Of a stretch of 15,639 bases of DNA, positions 14,901-15,639 are shown one piece after another (the stretch's first letter is position 1; each line of letters begins with the position of its first letter). Location of the stretch: positions 1-15,639 of the forward strand of contig JASMDC010000062.1 of NCBI GenBank assembly GCA_030753015.1, given 5' to 3'. Both the position numbers and the translations under genes were made by a program. This stretch comes from Candidatus Undinarchaeales archaeon (GTDB lineage Archaea; SpSt-1190; JASMDC01). Below the pieces are notes generated by a model. The model saw nothing but the letters and a program-made list of their open reading frames with translations. It made no database searches and was not told the origin of the DNA.

Positions 14901-15639
14901 CGACGGATCGACAGTGATACCGCCATCGGCGTCAGCGGTACCGTCGAGGTAGGCGATGGCGCCCTCCAGCTGTCGGAACGTGCAAGTGAGGGTTGTCGTC
15001 CCCTCGGCACGGATCGTAACGGCCGGGCACGTCACCTCGAATGTGTCAGTGACCATCCCGCCGCCGCCACCGCCACCCCCGCCGGAAACGGCACCGCCGC
15101 CACTGGTGGACGTCGATGAGGAGCTGCTGGACGAGGACGAGCTTGAGCTGGACGAGGACGAGCTTGAGCTGGACGAGCCGCCGCACCCGCCCCACATCTC
15201 GGCGAAGTCGAAGGACTTGGTGTGCTGTGTCGAGTCGTTGACCTCGGCACTGATTGTGTTGGAGAACACGTAGTTGTCGTACCCGGTCTCGAGCGCTTCG
15301 TTGTCGTCGAGGGCGGGGTTCAGTGGCGCGTAGTACTCGCCCGTTTCGAAGAGCTCGGTGGCCACGGCCACGACCTGGGTGCCGTTGAGGACCTTCACCG
15401 AACCACCGGAATTCAGTCCCTTGCATCCCTTGAACATGAACCGTAGCGTGTGGACCAACGCGTTCTGACACAAGAGGGTGGCACCGGCCGTGCATCCGCT
15501 CCCGTTGTGCCCGAAACGCACCTCCACCTGTCCCGTGTCCGGCAACGGCGTTACTATTCCTGATGTCGTCGTCAAGTAGCCCGCTTGCGTGATGCGATAG
15601 GTGTCGTTGCCTGTTGCCGCGATGTAGGCATGTCCGTTG
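12000..15639 (-). CDS. Giant membrane-anchored surface protein with Cys-rich CGDG repeats (5' end outside the window)
   Basis: The frame stays open from the TTG at 15575 to the window edge (NGHAYIAATGNDTYRITQAGY...). It has a Ser/Gly linker, 13 CGD(G/A)xC repeats, an IVETIPK..DPVVGW..FTYTV domain, a TM helix at about 12912-12974 followed by RRR, and a Pro/Ala/Glu-rich cytoplasmic tail. Confidence 0.9.
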   Translation of the reverse strand, partial: NGHAYIAATGNDTYRITQAGYLTTTSGIVTPLPDTGQVEVRFGHNGSGCTAGATLLCQNALVHTLRFMFKGCKGLNSGGSVKVLNGTQVVAVATELFETGEYYAPLNPALDDNEALETGYDNYVFSNTISAEVNDSTQHTKSFDFAEMWGGCGGSSSSSSSSSSSSSSSSSSSSSTSTSGGGAVSGGGGGGGGGMVTDTFEVTCPAVTIRAEGTTTLTCTFRQLEGAIAYLDGTADADGGITVDPSSFPVDRLHHYDPDLGNYSDVQEVVLTVSAAGLDRCTDATASIAVNGTYDTRSGPQYNDTTVPVTVVSHDECHECGDGACTGRESVDACPDDCAECGDAKCTGDEDVTSCPGDCTQCGDGACTGDESLASCPSDCATCGDGSCDGGEDAASCPDDCATCGDGTCSLGESQAACCMDCGCPDGMTCDATLAGCMQSLACGDGSCDEGEDATSCPGDCTTCGDGLCTGDETTESCCADCGCTEGEACDADLDLCRAVDVCGDGTCGIDETGGSCPDDCAACGDGICSSGEDQINCCADCACETGECNVLLGRCEVPTVCGDGACDAGEALTCTDDCATCGDGTCSDGEDCCLDCGCFGDEVCDLLTVSCVTVEKERTISFHHEAVPDTGTGTETGTSTGEGATTSTEAATEKEIEEVRQSVADVAALVTRSRAAQSGGGTGSAVSAVQVKAMVERSVEATREVSVGRDVTVRETSDGVRSTVSVTVKKSGDTQKQRVRIVETIPKDVAGSVDQLVFDPPPDVVLKDDPVVGWDVDLLPGQEITFTYTVARDISDVTTYQRPVIIVEEEKEGPPVPACGDGTCDAGEECSSCPGDCICAPVCGDGVCDAGESTGTCCDDCGCPDGKACSDGDCAPVETAAAGTPTSLILGAVLAIIIATGMVAVFTMRRRETVEVVEELPIARPALIAKPVEPTEMEEVPAAPLVAPGHAIAAAAGLAAPYPHGLAGQMLMPAPAVAPVATAAFVAGTLTPPVPYRPPSEPEKKAPHRDPGEVERRLRTRALHSAMHREPTRKEEDEVTWCTSFLRTYRKVDLEWLRGLLLIIDVDDAVVDTAEQRIVLEDKEGIGPPVETPGPAVATAEVVKEEAEATMVELVVIDPRKERERIKALRSHALHEAMHAERPADVEYDDNVAWCVLFLRAHGDIETRWLRNLLLMAGFGEGEVEEAEHLWREEGEEGEEGEEVEGDAVVV
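12026..12061. repeat. Perfect 9-nt tandem repeat (CCTCTTCTC)x4 encoding EEG repeats
   Basis: Four exact copies read directly. Confidence 0.9.
13014..14690 (-). repeat. Coding Cys-rich repeat arrays: 11 units (13803-14690) plus 2 units (13014-13181)
   Basis: Consensus CGDGxCxxxExxxxCPxDC, or an extended CCxDCxC..C..C form. The DNA echo CCGTCGCCGCA recurs on the + strand. Confidence 0.9.
15127..15177. repeat. 21-nt tandem repeat (about 2.4 copies) encoding poly-Ser linker
   Basis: CTGGACGAGGACGAGCTTGAG at 15127 and 15148, with a partial copy at 15169. Confidence 0.85.

Noticed and set aside
334-15495. Many long overlapping or antisense ORFs (e.g. 7080..8672 +, 8918..10210 +, 10346..11599 +, 13777..14760 +, 2461..3024 -)
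   Set aside because: They are shadow frames of GC-rich genes with biased composition and no motifs. The opposite frames carry the signal peptides, motifs and coupling.

Overview
GC-rich window that looks archaeal. The evidence is TATA boxes about 25-35 nt before ATGs, a class III (RRG/Q) signal peptide and archaeal-type RelBE and membrane-HTH proteins. The protein styles recall DPANN lineages, which is an inference. The left part (about 250-2030) is a mobile-looking module on the minus strand: an IntI/XerD-like tyrosine recombinase interrupted by one in-frame TAG, a RelB/RelE toxin-antitoxin pair, then three regularly spaced TATGCG..CGCATA palindromes ending at a GTT core (candidate non-canonical att site). 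The same 8-mer recurs inverted upstream of the recombinase. The middle holds a structured 470-bp non-coding gap and an orphan 254-aa gene. The right part has a translationally coupled four-gene surface operon: two full-length paralogous ~900-aa secreted Ig/MG-like Cys-rich proteins bracket a 607-aa type IV pilin-like protein and a membrane-anchored wHTH regulator. It is followed by a small divergent gene and the 3' part of a giant membrane-anchored protein with 13 CGDG Cys repeats. No rRNA, tRNA or CRISPR array was seen. All family calls are by eye, with no database search.
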